Origin: Candidatus Bathyarchaeota archaeon
GTDB lineage: Archaea; Thermoproteota; Bathyarchaeia; Bathyarchaeales; Bathycorpusculaceae
Assembly: GCA_963826715.1 (NCBI GenBank)
Contig: CAWGYA010000008.1
Coordinates: forward strand, 1,152,001-1,216,000
Direction: 5' to 3'
DNA length: 64,000 nt
Shown: positions 19,163 through 29,321 of the stretch, piece by piece
Layout: each line of letters opens with the position of its first letter
Position numbering within the stretch: position 1 is the first letter of the stretch
Program-made: the position numbers and the translations under genes
The notes under the pieces: model-generated
What the model was told of the DNA's origin: nothing
The model's database searches: none
What the model saw: only the letters and a program-made list of their open reading frames with translations

Positions 19163-20470
19163 TCAGTCAAAGATTTCTATTTTCTCAACCTTCCGCGACT
19201 CCGCCTCAACCAGCATATGATATGCTACCATTAATGCCAGAATCATCGCCACCCCAATAATCAGTGCTTCCCGTGGCATACCGATGAGTAATGCAATCAA
19301 TCCAACAATGCCCGCTATCGACAGGAATGGGTAGAGAGGTACCTTGAAGGTAGCAGAGGTTTTTTTACGGCGGAAATGAATCAGGGAAAAACTTGCGATG
19401 AGATAACAAAACAGGATCCCGAAGTTGCTGATTGCCGCCATTACATAGATATTGCCTGAAAACAACATCCCGATGCCTATGGCGGAGGAAATCAGAACGC
19501 CGTTGGTCGCTACGTCACGTTTTTGGTTATATTTACGCACAATTTTAGGAAGCAACTTATCCTGGCCAATCTGGTAGAGCACCCGCGACGAGCTCAGAAT
19601 CATTGCCAACGCTGCCGAGGTGGTAGCAATCAAGGCACCTACTGAAACCAGTGTAAAGAGCCATCCCGGTGCCCCTGCTGATTTGAGTGCAAACGAGAGC
19701 GGATCTGAGGAAACCATGAATTGGTTAGCAGGCGTCAAAAATAGGAGTGAGATAACCACCAAGACATAGAGCACTATGCTAATGATGACAGAAGCAATGA
19801 TGGCTTTGGCTGCCGCTGAACCGCCGCCCTTCACATCCTTGGTTATGGTGGAGATAGCTTGGAAACCTGAATAAGCAAAGAAAATCACTACGCTTGCAGC
19901 GAAAATGGAGCCAACGTTGGCGTTTTGAAAGCCTGAACTAAAATTAGTTTGCATAGCCGCTCCGCTCCCGAAGAACGCAATGATCAATGCAAAGACAATA
20001 AAAATTATGAGAATGACGATTTTTACGATTACTAAGCCAAAATCAGCTTTTGCAGCTTTGCTAACGCCTAAGATGTTAACTAAGGCTAAAACTAAAATCA
20101 AAATGATAGCGAATATGGTGGGGTAGTTGCCTCCTAGACCTGTGAGGCTGGTGAGATATGAACCAAAGCCCAATGCGATGGGTGCGATGGAGGAGGCGTA
20201 TGCGAAATAGAGCATGATGCCCGTGATGAAGCCCAGTTCACTACCAAACGCTTCATATGCAAAGGAGTAAGAGCCACCTTCCGCCTGCGGCATAATCGAG
20301 CCCAACTCGCCCAGCTCTAACGCGACAATTAAGGCTATGACTCCGACAAGCACAAAAGAGATAAGCGCGGCTGAACCTGCCAAAGCGATAGCTGTTCCGC
20401 TTAAAACAAAAATGCCTGCGCCTATTATGGCGCCGAGCCCTACTGCAGTTGCTACCTTAACACTTATCAT
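19163..20470 (-). CDS. APC family amino-acid permease
   Basis: GAIIGAGIF and FFAYSGF motifs, 12 TM. Confidence 0.92.
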   Translation of the reverse strand: MISVKVATAVGLGAIIGAGIFVLSGTAIALAGSAALISFVLVGVIALIVALELGELGSIMPQAEGGSYSFAYEAFGSELGFITGIMLYFAYASSIAPIALGFGSYLTSLTGLGGNYPTIFAIILILVLALVNILGVSKAAKADFGLVIVKIVILIIFIVFALIIAFFGSGAAMQTNFSSGFQNANVGSIFAASVVIFFAYSGFQAISTITKDVKGGGSAAAKAIIASVIISIVLYVLVVISLLFLTPANQFMVSSDPLSFALKSAGAPGWLFTLVSVGALIATTSAALAMILSSSRVLYQIGQDKLLPKIVRKYNQKRDVATNGVLISSAIGIGMLFSGNIYVMAAISNFGILFCYLIASFSLIHFRRKKTSATFKVPLYPFLSIAGIVGLIALLIGMPREALIIGVAMILALMVAYHMLVEAESRKVEKIEIFD

Positions 20471-20585
20471 CGTGCCAATCCGCTCTCTTTGATAGAATTG
20501 TAATTATTGAATTAGTATCCTTTGTATATTTTAAAGTGCATAACCCAAGTTTACGCCTATTTCTGGTAAAAACCGTACAAGATTT

Positions 20586-21719
20586 TTATCTTTTTTCTAT
20601 GGGAATGAAAGGTTTGTTGAATTCTCCGACATATTGTGAGGAAGGTCGAAGCAAAACCGCATCCTCATATTGCTCCAGGACATGTGCAACCCAACCTGAG
20701 ATTCTGCTGGATGCAAAAAATGGCGTAAAAAACTCAGATGGTACTCCTAAAGTGTTTAAGGTAACTGCGGCATAGAAATCAACATTTGGGAAAATCTTTT
20801 TCTTTTCATGCACAACGTTTTCGATTTTTATGGAGAGATTGTATACTCTAAGGTTGTTCTTATTGTGACAAAGCTGCTCAGCTATCCCTCGCAAATGTTT
20901 GGTTCTGGGATCTTCGGTTTTATAGATCCGGTGACCAAATCCCATGATTTTCTTTTGGTCATCAAGCATTCCTTGAATGTAATCCTCAACTTCCTCCTCC
21001 GTGTTTATGTCATCGAGCATAAGCATGACTTTCTCACTGGCGCCGCCATGCAAAGGACCCTTAAGAGTGCCGATCGCTGATGTTACAGCTGAGTAAACAT
21101 CAGAATTAGTGCTGGCTGTAACGCGAGCGGCAAAGGTGGAAGCGTTAAAACCATGGTCAGCGTGAAGTGTCATGAAACGGTCAATTGCATTTTTTTCTTC
21201 ATTATCAGCTTCGTAACCACAGAACATAAAAAGGAAATTTTCTGCAACACCAAGTTGGCTTTGAGCTTCAAGAGGCTCGAGATTCATGCGGGTCCTATAA
21301 AGAGCAGCAACCAACGCAGGAACCTTAGCTACTAAGTGAATTGCCCTTTTTTGGTTTGTAACTAACGAATTATCGTTACAACCTGGGTCATCTTGGCTGA
21401 GACGCGAAACTTCAGTTCGCAACACATCCATGGGGTGACAACTTTTCGCGGTGCGTTCTAAGCTTTCAAGGGTTTCTTGAGGCAGAGTCATCTCGGATAC
21501 CAGTAGTTGCCTAAATTCATCCAATTCATTTTTGTTTGGTAGCCTTTTATTAAAAAACAGGTAAGCGACTTCTTCATAGCCGACGTACTCTACTAAGTCA
21601 TCGATATCATAGCCTAAATAGTAGAGTTTGCCAGTCGGATTCACAAAGCTGATTTTTGTTTCAGCCGCATGAACGTCTCTTAACCCACGGGTAACAGTTT
21701 TTTCTTTGTTTTGACTCAT
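20586..21719 (-). CDS. gltA: Citrate (or 2-methylcitrate) synthase
   Basis: HADHGFNASTF, GPLHGGA, MGFGHRIY, PNVDFY. Confidence 0.9.
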   Translation of the reverse strand: MSQNKEKTVTRGLRDVHAAETKISFVNPTGKLYYLGYDIDDLVEYVGYEEVAYLFFNKRLPNKNELDEFRQLLVSEMTLPQETLESLERTAKSCHPMDVLRTEVSRLSQDDPGCNDNSLVTNQKRAIHLVAKVPALVAALYRTRMNLEPLEAQSQLGVAENFLFMFCGYEADNEEKNAIDRFMTLHADHGFNASTFAARVTASTNSDVYSAVTSAIGTLKGPLHGGASEKVMLMLDDINTEEEVEDYIQGMLDDQKKIMGFGHRIYKTEDPRTKHLRGIAEQLCHNKNNLRVYNLSIKIENVVHEKKKIFPNVDFYAAVTLNTLGVPSEFFTPFFASSRISGWVAHVLEQYEDAVLLRPSSQYVGEFNKPFIPIEKR

Positions 21720-21884
21720 TCTTTATTCTCCCCGAAATAAAATGCCCTTAACGATAAGGATAAGCGAAGTGGCTTAAGAATTAAACCGTATTTTAGCCTA
21801 ACAGTAAGAATTTCAATAAACAAATTGTTTAACTTTACTTTTACAATAGAAAAATTCAAGAATTAGTTGAAAAAAGAAGAAAAT

Positions 21885-22508
21885 TTAGATTTTTAACGGC
21901 TCTTCTAAAATGTTGATTATTCCGTTTTTGCCCAGACGCAATTGTTTTTCACCTTTAAACATTGCGACATGTGCATTCTTCACTTCGATGAAATCTCCTA
22001 TTCGAACTGAGTTAACCTGTTGGTCCCAGAGGCATAGCAAAACCCTGCCTGTTTCATCCTCAACCACGGCGTTGGAAACCACGGCATTGTCGCGGAATTG
22101 AGTATGGACTTTAGCGGGTTCGGCAAGTTCTACAACATGCGCGGTCACGTTGATCTTTTTCATGCCTACCCGTAAAGCCTCTATTTTGAGGTGTGACGGT
22201 GCGGGATTTTGTCTTGCGATTTCTTTTCGCACTCTCCCGGTGTCCATTGAACTGTCAAAAGACACATCTGTACGGGCAAGGGTTTCGTCAGGAACGCGGA
22301 ACTGAGCAATTACTTTGCCTTCTTTGGTTATTAGAAAGATTGATTGGTCATTGACGTTTCCCCTGTACTCAACTGTTAACTCTTCAACTGCTACTTTTTC
22401 TCCTTCTTTTGCTTGAACTAAGCCTTCAAAAAGTTCAGTAGGATAAACATCGTTTTGCGCTGAAATAAAGGCAAGCTGGTCTTCCAATGTTGGTTTCTTT
22501 GGCTTCAT
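21885..22508 (-). CDS. Single-stranded DNA-binding OB-fold protein with ~100-aa N-terminal extra domain
   Basis: C-terminal crenarchaeal-SSB-like KIEALRVGMKKINV...DETG...LWD...FKGEKQL. Confidence 0.8.
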   Translation of the reverse strand: MKPKKPTLEDQLAFISAQNDVYPTELFEGLVQAKEGEKVAVEELTVEYRGNVNDQSIFLITKEGKVIAQFRVPDETLARTDVSFDSSMDTGRVRKEIARQNPAPSHLKIEALRVGMKKINVTAHVVELAEPAKVHTQFRDNAVVSNAVVEDETGRVLLCLWDQQVNSVRIGDFIEVKNAHVAMFKGEKQLRLGKNGIINILEEPLKI

Positions 22509-22766
22509 TTACATTATCTCCTCCCTTTTTTGTGATAGCGAATTATCTTGAAAAAAGCAAACTAACATCTAATTTTTACTTTTTCTTGATGAAATTCTGC
22601 AATATTAAAGAGATTTTCTTCCTATTTAGGTCTAACTGTACAAAAAAACATTTTTCAACAATAAATTATGCATTTTGTCAAGTGGTTAACCTGATCTCCA
22701 AAAAGCACAAAGCCTACCTCAAACATAGCATTATTGAGTTTTAAATAGCTATCTTGGTGTACCTAT

Positions 22767-23648
22767 ATGGAGAACTCTGAAGAGTTAAAGAAGTTAACCA
22801 AAGTTCAACTGAAAAACCTCAACAAAACATTCTACCCCAAAATTCAAATTACAAAAGCACAGGTAATTGAATACTACATCAGGATAGCCCCTAAAATTCT
22901 GCCTGTAATCGCTAACCGCCCGCTAGTTCTAACTCGTTATCCAGACGGTGTAGCTGGCAAAACCATGGCCTTCTTTGAGAAAAACGCCCCCGAGGGCACC
23001 CCCAACTGGGTTAAACTGCAAACAATTTATTCCCCCACCTCCAAACGCAACGTAAATTATGTCGTCTGCAATGACCTTGATACACTGATTTGGTTAGCAA
23101 ACATGGCGGCACTGGAAATCCACATGCCTTTCTCCACCAACCAACACCTCAACAACCCCGACCTGCTCTTCTTCGATCTCGACCCCGAACCTCCAGCAAA
23201 CCTAAGTGACGCCGCCGAAGTTGCACTACTCCTGAGAGAAAAACTCTACGATTTAGGGCTCACACCATACGTGAAGACCTCGGGCAAAAAAGGGTTACAC
23301 GTTGTCATCCCTATTGAACCAGAGCATAGTTTTGAAGCGGTAAGAGCGTTTGTCCACAAAATAGGAATCGAACTCGCAAAGGAGAGCGATCTTGTGGTTT
23401 CAGAGTTTAAGGATACTAAAAAACCAGGAAAAGTTTTCGCTGATTATTTGCAGAACTCGCCAATGCGTACTATGGTTATCCCCTACAGCCTTCGTCCAAC
23501 CGCCGACGCTACAGTATCAACTCCGCTGGAGTGGCATGAGATTAAAAAGGGGCTAAACCCGAAGGATTTTACTATTCGTACTGTAGTAGAACGTCGAGAA
23601 AATCCATGGCAAGAAATCTTTAAAACGCGGGTCCATTTGAAACTTTAA
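22767..23648 (+). CDS. LigD polymerase (NHEJ primase-polymerase), stand-alone
   Basis: RYPDG, FFDLDP, KTSGKKGLHV, DYLQN, PYSLR...VSTPLEW. Confidence 0.92.
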   Translation: MENSEELKKLTKVQLKNLNKTFYPKIQITKAQVIEYYIRIAPKILPVIANRPLVLTRYPDGVAGKTMAFFEKNAPEGTPNWVKLQTIYSPTSKRNVNYVVCNDLDTLIWLANMAALEIHMPFSTNQHLNNPDLLFFDLDPEPPANLSDAAEVALLLREKLYDLGLTPYVKTSGKKGLHVVIPIEPEHSFEAVRAFVHKIGIELAKESDLVVSEFKDTKKPGKVFADYLQNSPMRTMVIPYSLRPTADATVSTPLEWHEIKKGLNPKDFTIRTVVERRENPWQEIFKTRVHLKL

Positions 23649-23725
23649 TAATAAATTTAGCTAAGGCTTAAGAATAATGAATTAATTTTTGATTAGCGTT
23701 AATCATATTTGTTGGAGTATTTGTT

Positions 23726-24934
23726 ATGCAGTATCGAATTGTTCCAAAAAACGGTGATAAATTATCTGTCCTTGGCTTCGGATGCATGCGTCTACCTCTA
23801 AAGGGCGAAGTTATCGATGAAGAACGTGCCATAAAACAAATTCGCTACGCCATAGATAATGGAGTAAACTATATCGACTCCGCACCGCCTTACCACGGCG
23901 GCGAAAGCGAAAAACTTCTCGGCAAAGCACTGCTCGACGGCTACCGCGAGAGAGTAAAAGTAGCAACCAAACTTACTCCATTTATGCTTCGCGCACCAGA
24001 AGATATGGAAAAAATGCTTAATCTTTCTCTTCAAAAACTCCAAACCGATCATATAGACTACTATCTGCTACATGGTCTCGAAGGAGAGTTCTGGAGTAAA
24101 CTGCAGCGTTTCGGAGCAGTTAAATTCCTACAGCAAGCTAAAGCAGACGGAAAAATCAGAAACATGGGCTTTTCCTTTCACGGGTCGCTGCCGGTTTTCA
24201 AAGAAATCATCAATGCAAACGATTGGGTCATGTGCCAAATTCAGTACAACTATCTTGATGAGAAATTTCAAGCTGGTACAGAAGGCCTCAAATACGCTGC
24301 TTCTCAAAAACTCGCAGTCATGGTTATGGAACCGCTCAGAGGCGGCAGCTTAGCCGATAAACTTCCAGCAGTTGCAAAAAAATTCTTCGATGAAGCACCA
24401 ATGAAGAGAAGTCCTGCTGAGTGGGGTTTACGCTGGGTCTGGAATCATCCCGAAGTAACTTTGGCTCTATCAGGCATGAACAGCGAAAATCAAGTAGCTG
24501 AAAACCTCAAAACCGCAGAAAAAGCTTTGCCTAACATTATGACACCACAAGAGATGGATATAATAAAAAACGTGGCTGCCGCCTACAATAGCCTACTTAA
24601 GGTCCCCTGCACCGGATGTCAATACTGCATGCCATGCATAAACGGTGTAAATATACCACGCAACTTCCAAGCATACAACGAATTCTACCTCTCTGGTGAC
24701 GAACAACAAGCCCGATCAATCTATGTATTATTCTTGATGGGTGCCTTAACTGGTTTAAAAGCAGACGCATCACTTTGTAAACAGTGCCAACAATGTATAG
24801 AACGTTGTCCACAGCACATAAACATCCCAGAAAAACTCATAGAAGTCGCAAAAGATCTCGGAGGACCAAGAGCTGAAGCAGCTCTGGCTGCAATGAAAGC
24901 TAATATGGCCCAGTTTCCAAATAGAAAACCCTGA
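23726..24934 (+). CDS. Aldo/keto reductase with C-terminal 4Fe-4S domain
   Basis: GFGCMRLP, DYYLLH, VMEPLRGG; CTGCQYCMPC and CKQCQQCIERCP. Confidence 0.9.
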   Translation: MQYRIVPKNGDKLSVLGFGCMRLPLKGEVIDEERAIKQIRYAIDNGVNYIDSAPPYHGGESEKLLGKALLDGYRERVKVATKLTPFMLRAPEDMEKMLNLSLQKLQTDHIDYYLLHGLEGEFWSKLQRFGAVKFLQQAKADGKIRNMGFSFHGSLPVFKEIINANDWVMCQIQYNYLDEKFQAGTEGLKYAASQKLAVMVMEPLRGGSLADKLPAVAKKFFDEAPMKRSPAEWGLRWVWNHPEVTLALSGMNSENQVAENLKTAEKALPNIMTPQEMDIIKNVAAAYNSLLKVPCTGCQYCMPCINGVNIPRNFQAYNEFYLSGDEQQARSIYVLFLMGALTGLKADASLCKQCQQCIERCPQHINIPEKLIEVAKDLGGPRAEAALAAMKANMAQFPNRKP

Positions 24935-25038
24935 GCCAAATATTGCCTTTTTCTTTGGTCTCCTTCAGCGCTGTAATTGACAGAAAAAGGTTAAACCCTT
25001 GATTTCCATTAATACCTTCAAGAAGTTTTCAAGGTTTT

Positions 25039-25896
25039 TTGGAGAGGTTAACTTTGGGTTCAGAACAAGAAGAATCACAAGAAGTAGAACAACCCCAAAC
25101 TGAAAAAAATAGCGCATCCGTTCCTAGTCGCTCAATTTGGTCAGGATCCATCACTATCGGGCTCGTGAACGTTCCAGTAAAATTGTACTCGATGATTTAT
25201 GATAAAGGCATCTCTTTTCATTTTCTTCACAAGACCGATGGTCAGCCGCTTAAATATGTGAAGATGTGCACCAAGGATGACAAAATTGTGCCTTGGAATG
25301 AGGTTGTTCGCGGTTACGAATTTGCAAAGAATGAATTTATAGTATTTGAGAAACAGGAATTGGACGCGGTGAAGCCCGAGTCGGATAAGCGTATTCGCAT
25401 CAGCAAATTCGTTGATTATTTCTCAGTTGATCCAGTTTACTTTGACCGAAGTTACGCGCTTTTGCCCGATAAAAGTAAAGACGCCTACAGCTTGCTGCTC
25501 AATGCCCTGCAACGTACCAACAAAGCGGGTGCAGCACGCATAACACTACGCACCAAAGAGTACCCCGCGTTGTTACACCCCTATAAAGGCGGGTTGGTGT
25601 TGACGACCCTAAGGTATGCCTACGATGTCGTAGACCCCCAGAACTTTGAAAACCTCCATAAACTAGCTGAACCTCAAAAAGCCGAACTCGACATGGCTAT
25701 AAAAATTGTCAAGGATCTATCAGGAGACTTTGACATAACAGAATTCGAGGACACTTATCAGAAGCGTGTTCAACAGCTCGTAAAACAGAAGATGAAAGGT
25801 CAAACAATCACAGTCGAGAAGCCACCTCAAGAAGAAGCAAGAGGTTTGATGGTAGCTTTGCGTGACACTCTCAAGCAACTGGAAGAGCAGAAATGA
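25039..25896 (+). CDS. ku: Ku DNA end-binding protein (likely TTG start at 25054)
   Basis: RSIWSGSITIGLVNVPVKLY, VRGYE, YFDRSY, TLRY, FEDTYQ. Confidence 0.95.
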   Translation: MERLTLGSEQEESQEVEQPQTEKNSASVPSRSIWSGSITIGLVNVPVKLYSMIYDKGISFHFLHKTDGQPLKYVKMCTKDDKIVPWNEVVRGYEFAKNEFIVFEKQELDAVKPESDKRIRISKFVDYFSVDPVYFDRSYALLPDKSKDAYSLLLNALQRTNKAGAARITLRTKEYPALLHPYKGGLVLTTLRYAYDVVDPQNFENLHKLAEPQKAELDMAIKIVKDLSGDFDITEFEDTYQKRVQQLVKQKMKGQTITVEKPPQEEARGLMVALRDTLKQLEEQK

Positions 25897-27350
25897 GTCG
25901 CCGTCTGTACCAACCAATGCTAGCACAAAACGCCAAAAACGCTTTCAACGATCAAGACTGGTTATTCGAAATAAAATGGGACGGGTTCCGCGCTATCGCT
26001 TATCTGGAAGAACCGTTCAGCCTAAGAAGTCGTAACGGTCAAGAACTCAAAGGTCATTTTCCTGAATTAACAGAGTTAACTCGACTTGGGAGCAGACTAG
26101 TTTTGGATGGTGAGATCGTTGTCATGCAGGAAGGAACTCCTGACTTTCAAGCGTTACTAAAAAGAGGTCAAGCCGTTTCTTCTGATCAAGTTAATAGCCA
26201 GTCTCAGCAGTTGCCTGCTGTCTATATAGTATTTGATATTTTAGAAAAAGATGGGGCTCCCTTAACCAAGTTGCCTCTAATCGAGCGAAAAACTATACTC
26301 AAAGATTCACTACGGGAAGGTGACAATGTGCTTCTATGCGATTACATCGAGGAAAAAGGTGAGCCATATTTCGATTTGGTTTTGAAGAAGGGACTGGAAG
26401 GAGTTGTGGCGAAGAGAAAAGATAGTTACTATGAGGAAGGTTTGCGGACCGGGAGTTGGTTAAAAATAAAAAAATTAAAAAATTGTGATTGCATAGTCTT
26501 CGGATACACCCGTGGTGAAAACGTTCGGCAACAAACTTTTGGAGCGCTACTCCTGGGACTCTACAATACTGATAAAAAACCTGTTTATGTAGGGAAAGTC
26601 GGCACTGGTTTTTCAGAGGAACTGCTTCGCACCTTAAGTGACAAATTCGCGAAGATTAAATCCGATGAAATACCCTTTAAATCTGAACGTGGCGACATCG
26701 TCACTTGGATCCAACCTAAACTTGTCTGCGAAGTCGCCTATCAAGTAGTTACTAAGGATATGCGGTTGAGAATGGCGCGATTTAAACGGTTAAGAGACGA
26801 TAAACTACCCGAACAGTGCACATTAGAACAGCTTACCCAAACCACACCTAAAGCAAACCAGCAGAATCCCCAAACTAAGAAACAACTATCAGGTGACAAA
26901 AAACTTTCGGAGTATGAATCTAAACGTAACTTTGAGGCAACTCCAGAACCCACAGGGAGCGGGAAAACAAAGGTCCCCCTCATTTATGTTATCCAAGAAC
27001 ATCACGCAAGACGACTCCACTATGATCTAAGACTAGAAAAAGGGGGTGTACTCAAAAGTTGGGCAGTCCCAAAAGGCATCCCCGAAACCACCAATGTACG
27101 TCACTTGGCCGTCGAAACGGAAGATCATCCCTATGAGTATGGTAGTTTCGAGGGTGAAATCCCAAAGGGCCAATATGGTGCGGGAACAGTAAAAATCTGG
27201 GATAAAGGGTATTATGAAGCCAAGCTTTGGGAAGACGACAAAATTGAAGTAACCTTAAATGGCGAGCGACTGCATGGACGTTACGTTTTGGTACGATTCA
27301 AAAAGGCCGAGAACCAGAAAGATTGGTTGCTACTGAAGGGAAAAGAGTAG
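25893..27350 (+). CDS. ligD: LigD: ATP-dependent ligase fused to C-terminal 3'-phosphoesterase (PE) domain
   Basis: EIKWDGFR, LDGEIV, EGVVAK, WLKIK, VGTGF; PE motifs QEHHARRLHYDLRLE, SWAVPKG, EDHP, YGAG from ~26900. Confidence 0.93.
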   Translation: MSRRLYQPMLAQNAKNAFNDQDWLFEIKWDGFRAIAYLEEPFSLRSRNGQELKGHFPELTELTRLGSRLVLDGEIVVMQEGTPDFQALLKRGQAVSSDQVNSQSQQLPAVYIVFDILEKDGAPLTKLPLIERKTILKDSLREGDNVLLCDYIEEKGEPYFDLVLKKGLEGVVAKRKDSYYEEGLRTGSWLKIKKLKNCDCIVFGYTRGENVRQQTFGALLLGLYNTDKKPVYVGKVGTGFSEELLRTLSDKFAKIKSDEIPFKSERGDIVTWIQPKLVCEVAYQVVTKDMRLRMARFKRLRDDKLPEQCTLEQLTQTTPKANQQNPQTKKQLSGDKKLSEYESKRNFEATPEPTGSGKTKVPLIYVIQEHHARRLHYDLRLEKGGVLKSWAVPKGIPETTNVRHLAVETEDHPYEYGSFEGEIPKGQYGAGTVKIWDKGYYEAKLWEDDKIEVTLNGERLHGRYVLVRFKKAENQKDWLLLKGKE

Positions 27351-27351
27351 A

Positions 27352-28095
27352 ATGGACAATTTGCAATTGGGAACGATAGGTTGGAGCTATACTTTCTGGC
27401 GAGGCAACTTTTATCCAAACAAAACCGTTCCAAAAGACTTTTTAGAATACTATGGAACCCAGTTCAATACAGTGGAGGTGGACAGCACGTTCTATCGCAT
27501 CCCATCGGAGCAAACTATCAAAAACTGGGGTACGCAAACACCCAAAGGCTTCTTGTTTTCACTCAAGTTCCCCCAATTCATAACACACATTAAAGCCCTC
27601 AAGGACTGCCAAGATGAAACTGACGCATTCCTGGCTCGCGCTGACATGTTGGGTGAGAAACTAGGTGCTTTGCTGCTGCAATTCCCGCCAGCTTTCACAG
27701 CCAAACGCTTACCCGACTTAGCCAAGTACCTAAGTAATCTACCCAAGGGAAATCACTACATAGTTGAAGTGCGAAACAAGACATGGTTAACTCCTGACTT
27801 TTTTTGGCTATTGCGGGAACATAATGTCGCCTTTGCATGGACTGATAGCCAATATGTATATGAAAACTCAGAGGTGACGGCGGATTTTCTATATATCCGC
27901 TGGGAAGGCGCTCGAGCGGTTGTTAACGGAACGTTGGGTAGAGTAGAAGCTGACCGCACAGGAGATCTGAAGCTATGGGCTGATAAACTCAAGCCATATT
28001 TGGCAAGTGAATTAGTGGTGTTTGGGTACTTTGGTAAGTATTACTCAGGATTCCCACCAAATGACATAAACACGTTGACAAAGTTAATGGCGTAA
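27352..28095 (+). CDS. DUF72 (YecE-like) TIM-barrel protein
   Basis: GTIGWSY, VEVDSTFY, KFPQFITH, LLQFPP, VEVR, YIRW. Confidence 0.9.
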   Translation: MDNLQLGTIGWSYTFWRGNFYPNKTVPKDFLEYYGTQFNTVEVDSTFYRIPSEQTIKNWGTQTPKGFLFSLKFPQFITHIKALKDCQDETDAFLARADMLGEKLGALLLQFPPAFTAKRLPDLAKYLSNLPKGNHYIVEVRNKTWLTPDFFWLLREHNVAFAWTDSQYVYENSEVTADFLYIRWEGARAVVNGTLGRVEADRTGDLKLWADKLKPYLASELVVFGYFGKYYSGFPPNDINTLTKLMA

Positions 28096-28146
28096 TATTC
28101 GATTTTGTTGGTAACGTCTCAAGTCATTATTAACTAAAGTTCATCC

Positions 28147-28716
28147 TTGCCTCGAAGGAAAAATACTAAAAAGATTCCTCTTTCTTTGTTACAATGGAGG
28201 TTCATTGGGCTGAACATAGATAAATTATGGCAGTTAGCAACTTCCTATTTGAATAAGAATGACTTCGGTGTCGCTCATACAAGGCGGGTTTATGAAATAG
28301 CAAAACAGAACTTTGATATTAACACTGAATTTAAAGAGATTACTTATGCCTCGATTATTCTCCATGACATTGGCGGAAGTACAATAAACGATCAATATGA
28401 GAAGGGACCACAAATCGCAGGTGCGCTTCTTAAGCAGCTAGGAGCTACAGGTAAATTTATTGGTACTGTGTGCATGATAGTGGGTACACACCACGAGCAT
28501 CCAGTATATCCCTCCTTGCCTTTTCAGGTCCTCTATGATTCCGATAAACTCGCTATGTTCTCAATAGAAGAGTACCCATACTATAACTCCCAGGAAGGTT
28601 TCGACTGGGACAAAATCGTAAACTTAATCTATTCTGAGAAGGGAAGAGATTTAGCGCGAGAATGCATACGTCAGCGAATAACAGAAAACCAGGCGCGGAT
28701 ACACGATGTTCTTTAA
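28147..28716 (+). CDS. HD-domain protein
   Basis: HTRRV...ILHDIG...HH...DSDK; true start may be ~20 codons downstream. Confidence 0.8.
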   Translation: MPRRKNTKKIPLSLLQWRFIGLNIDKLWQLATSYLNKNDFGVAHTRRVYEIAKQNFDINTEFKEITYASIILHDIGGSTINDQYEKGPQIAGALLKQLGATGKFIGTVCMIVGTHHEHPVYPSLPFQVLYDSDKLAMFSIEEYPYYNSQEGFDWDKIVNLIYSEKGRDLARECIRQRITENQARIHDVL

Positions 28717-29320
28717 ACAGATTCAGCGGCACGGTGATAACTTCAGTTACCTCATAGCTGATCCCCAAACCAAAGAAGCTGCCGTCGTAGATTCAAGTTA
28801 CAATGCTGACGAGATTGTGAAAATAATAAAAGAACAAAATTTTTTGCTAAAATATATCATAAACACACATGGGCACTCTGACCACACAGCAGGAAACACT
28901 GAATTGCAGTCAATTTTCAGAGCACCAATTGTTGCCTATAGACAAGAAAGAAAAACCAATGGTTTGGCAGTAAACGACAATGACTATTTGACAATCGGTA
29001 CCATCCCAATTAAAGTCCTATATACTCCAGGACATACACCCGATGGCATTTGTTTACTTGTTAACGGTGAAAAGTTGTTAACTGGTGACACATTGTTTGT
29101 TGGTGAATGTGGCAGAACCGACTTGCCAGGAGGAAACGCAAAACTGCTCTATGATAGTCTATTTAACCGGCTTCTTAAGTTAGATGATGAAATTGAGGTT
29201 TATCCTGGTCATGACTATGGCATAAAACCTTTTTCCACAATTGGTAATGAACGAAAAACTAACTATGTTCTAAAACCCCGCAACCTCAAAGAGTTCTTGG
29301 CATTTATGAGTCATCCGTAG
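28706..29320 (+). CDS. Metallo-beta-lactamase fold hydrolase (glyoxalase II-like)
   Basis: THGHSDH, TPGHT, TGDTLF, PGHDY. Confidence 0.9.
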   Translation: MFFKQIQRHGDNFSYLIADPQTKEAAVVDSSYNADEIVKIIKEQNFLLKYIINTHGHSDHTAGNTELQSIFRAPIVAYRQERKTNGLAVNDNDYLTIGTIPIKVLYTPGHTPDGICLLVNGEKLLTGDTLFVGECGRTDLPGGNAKLLYDSLFNRLLKLDDEIEVYPGHDYGIKPFSTIGNERKTNYVLKPRNLKEFLAFMSHP

Positions 29321-29321
29321 C

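Noticed and set aside
23726-24934. Aldo/keto reductase as an NHEJ component
   Set aside because: Widespread family with its own intergenic spaces and a T-rich end; more likely an insertion between POL and ku
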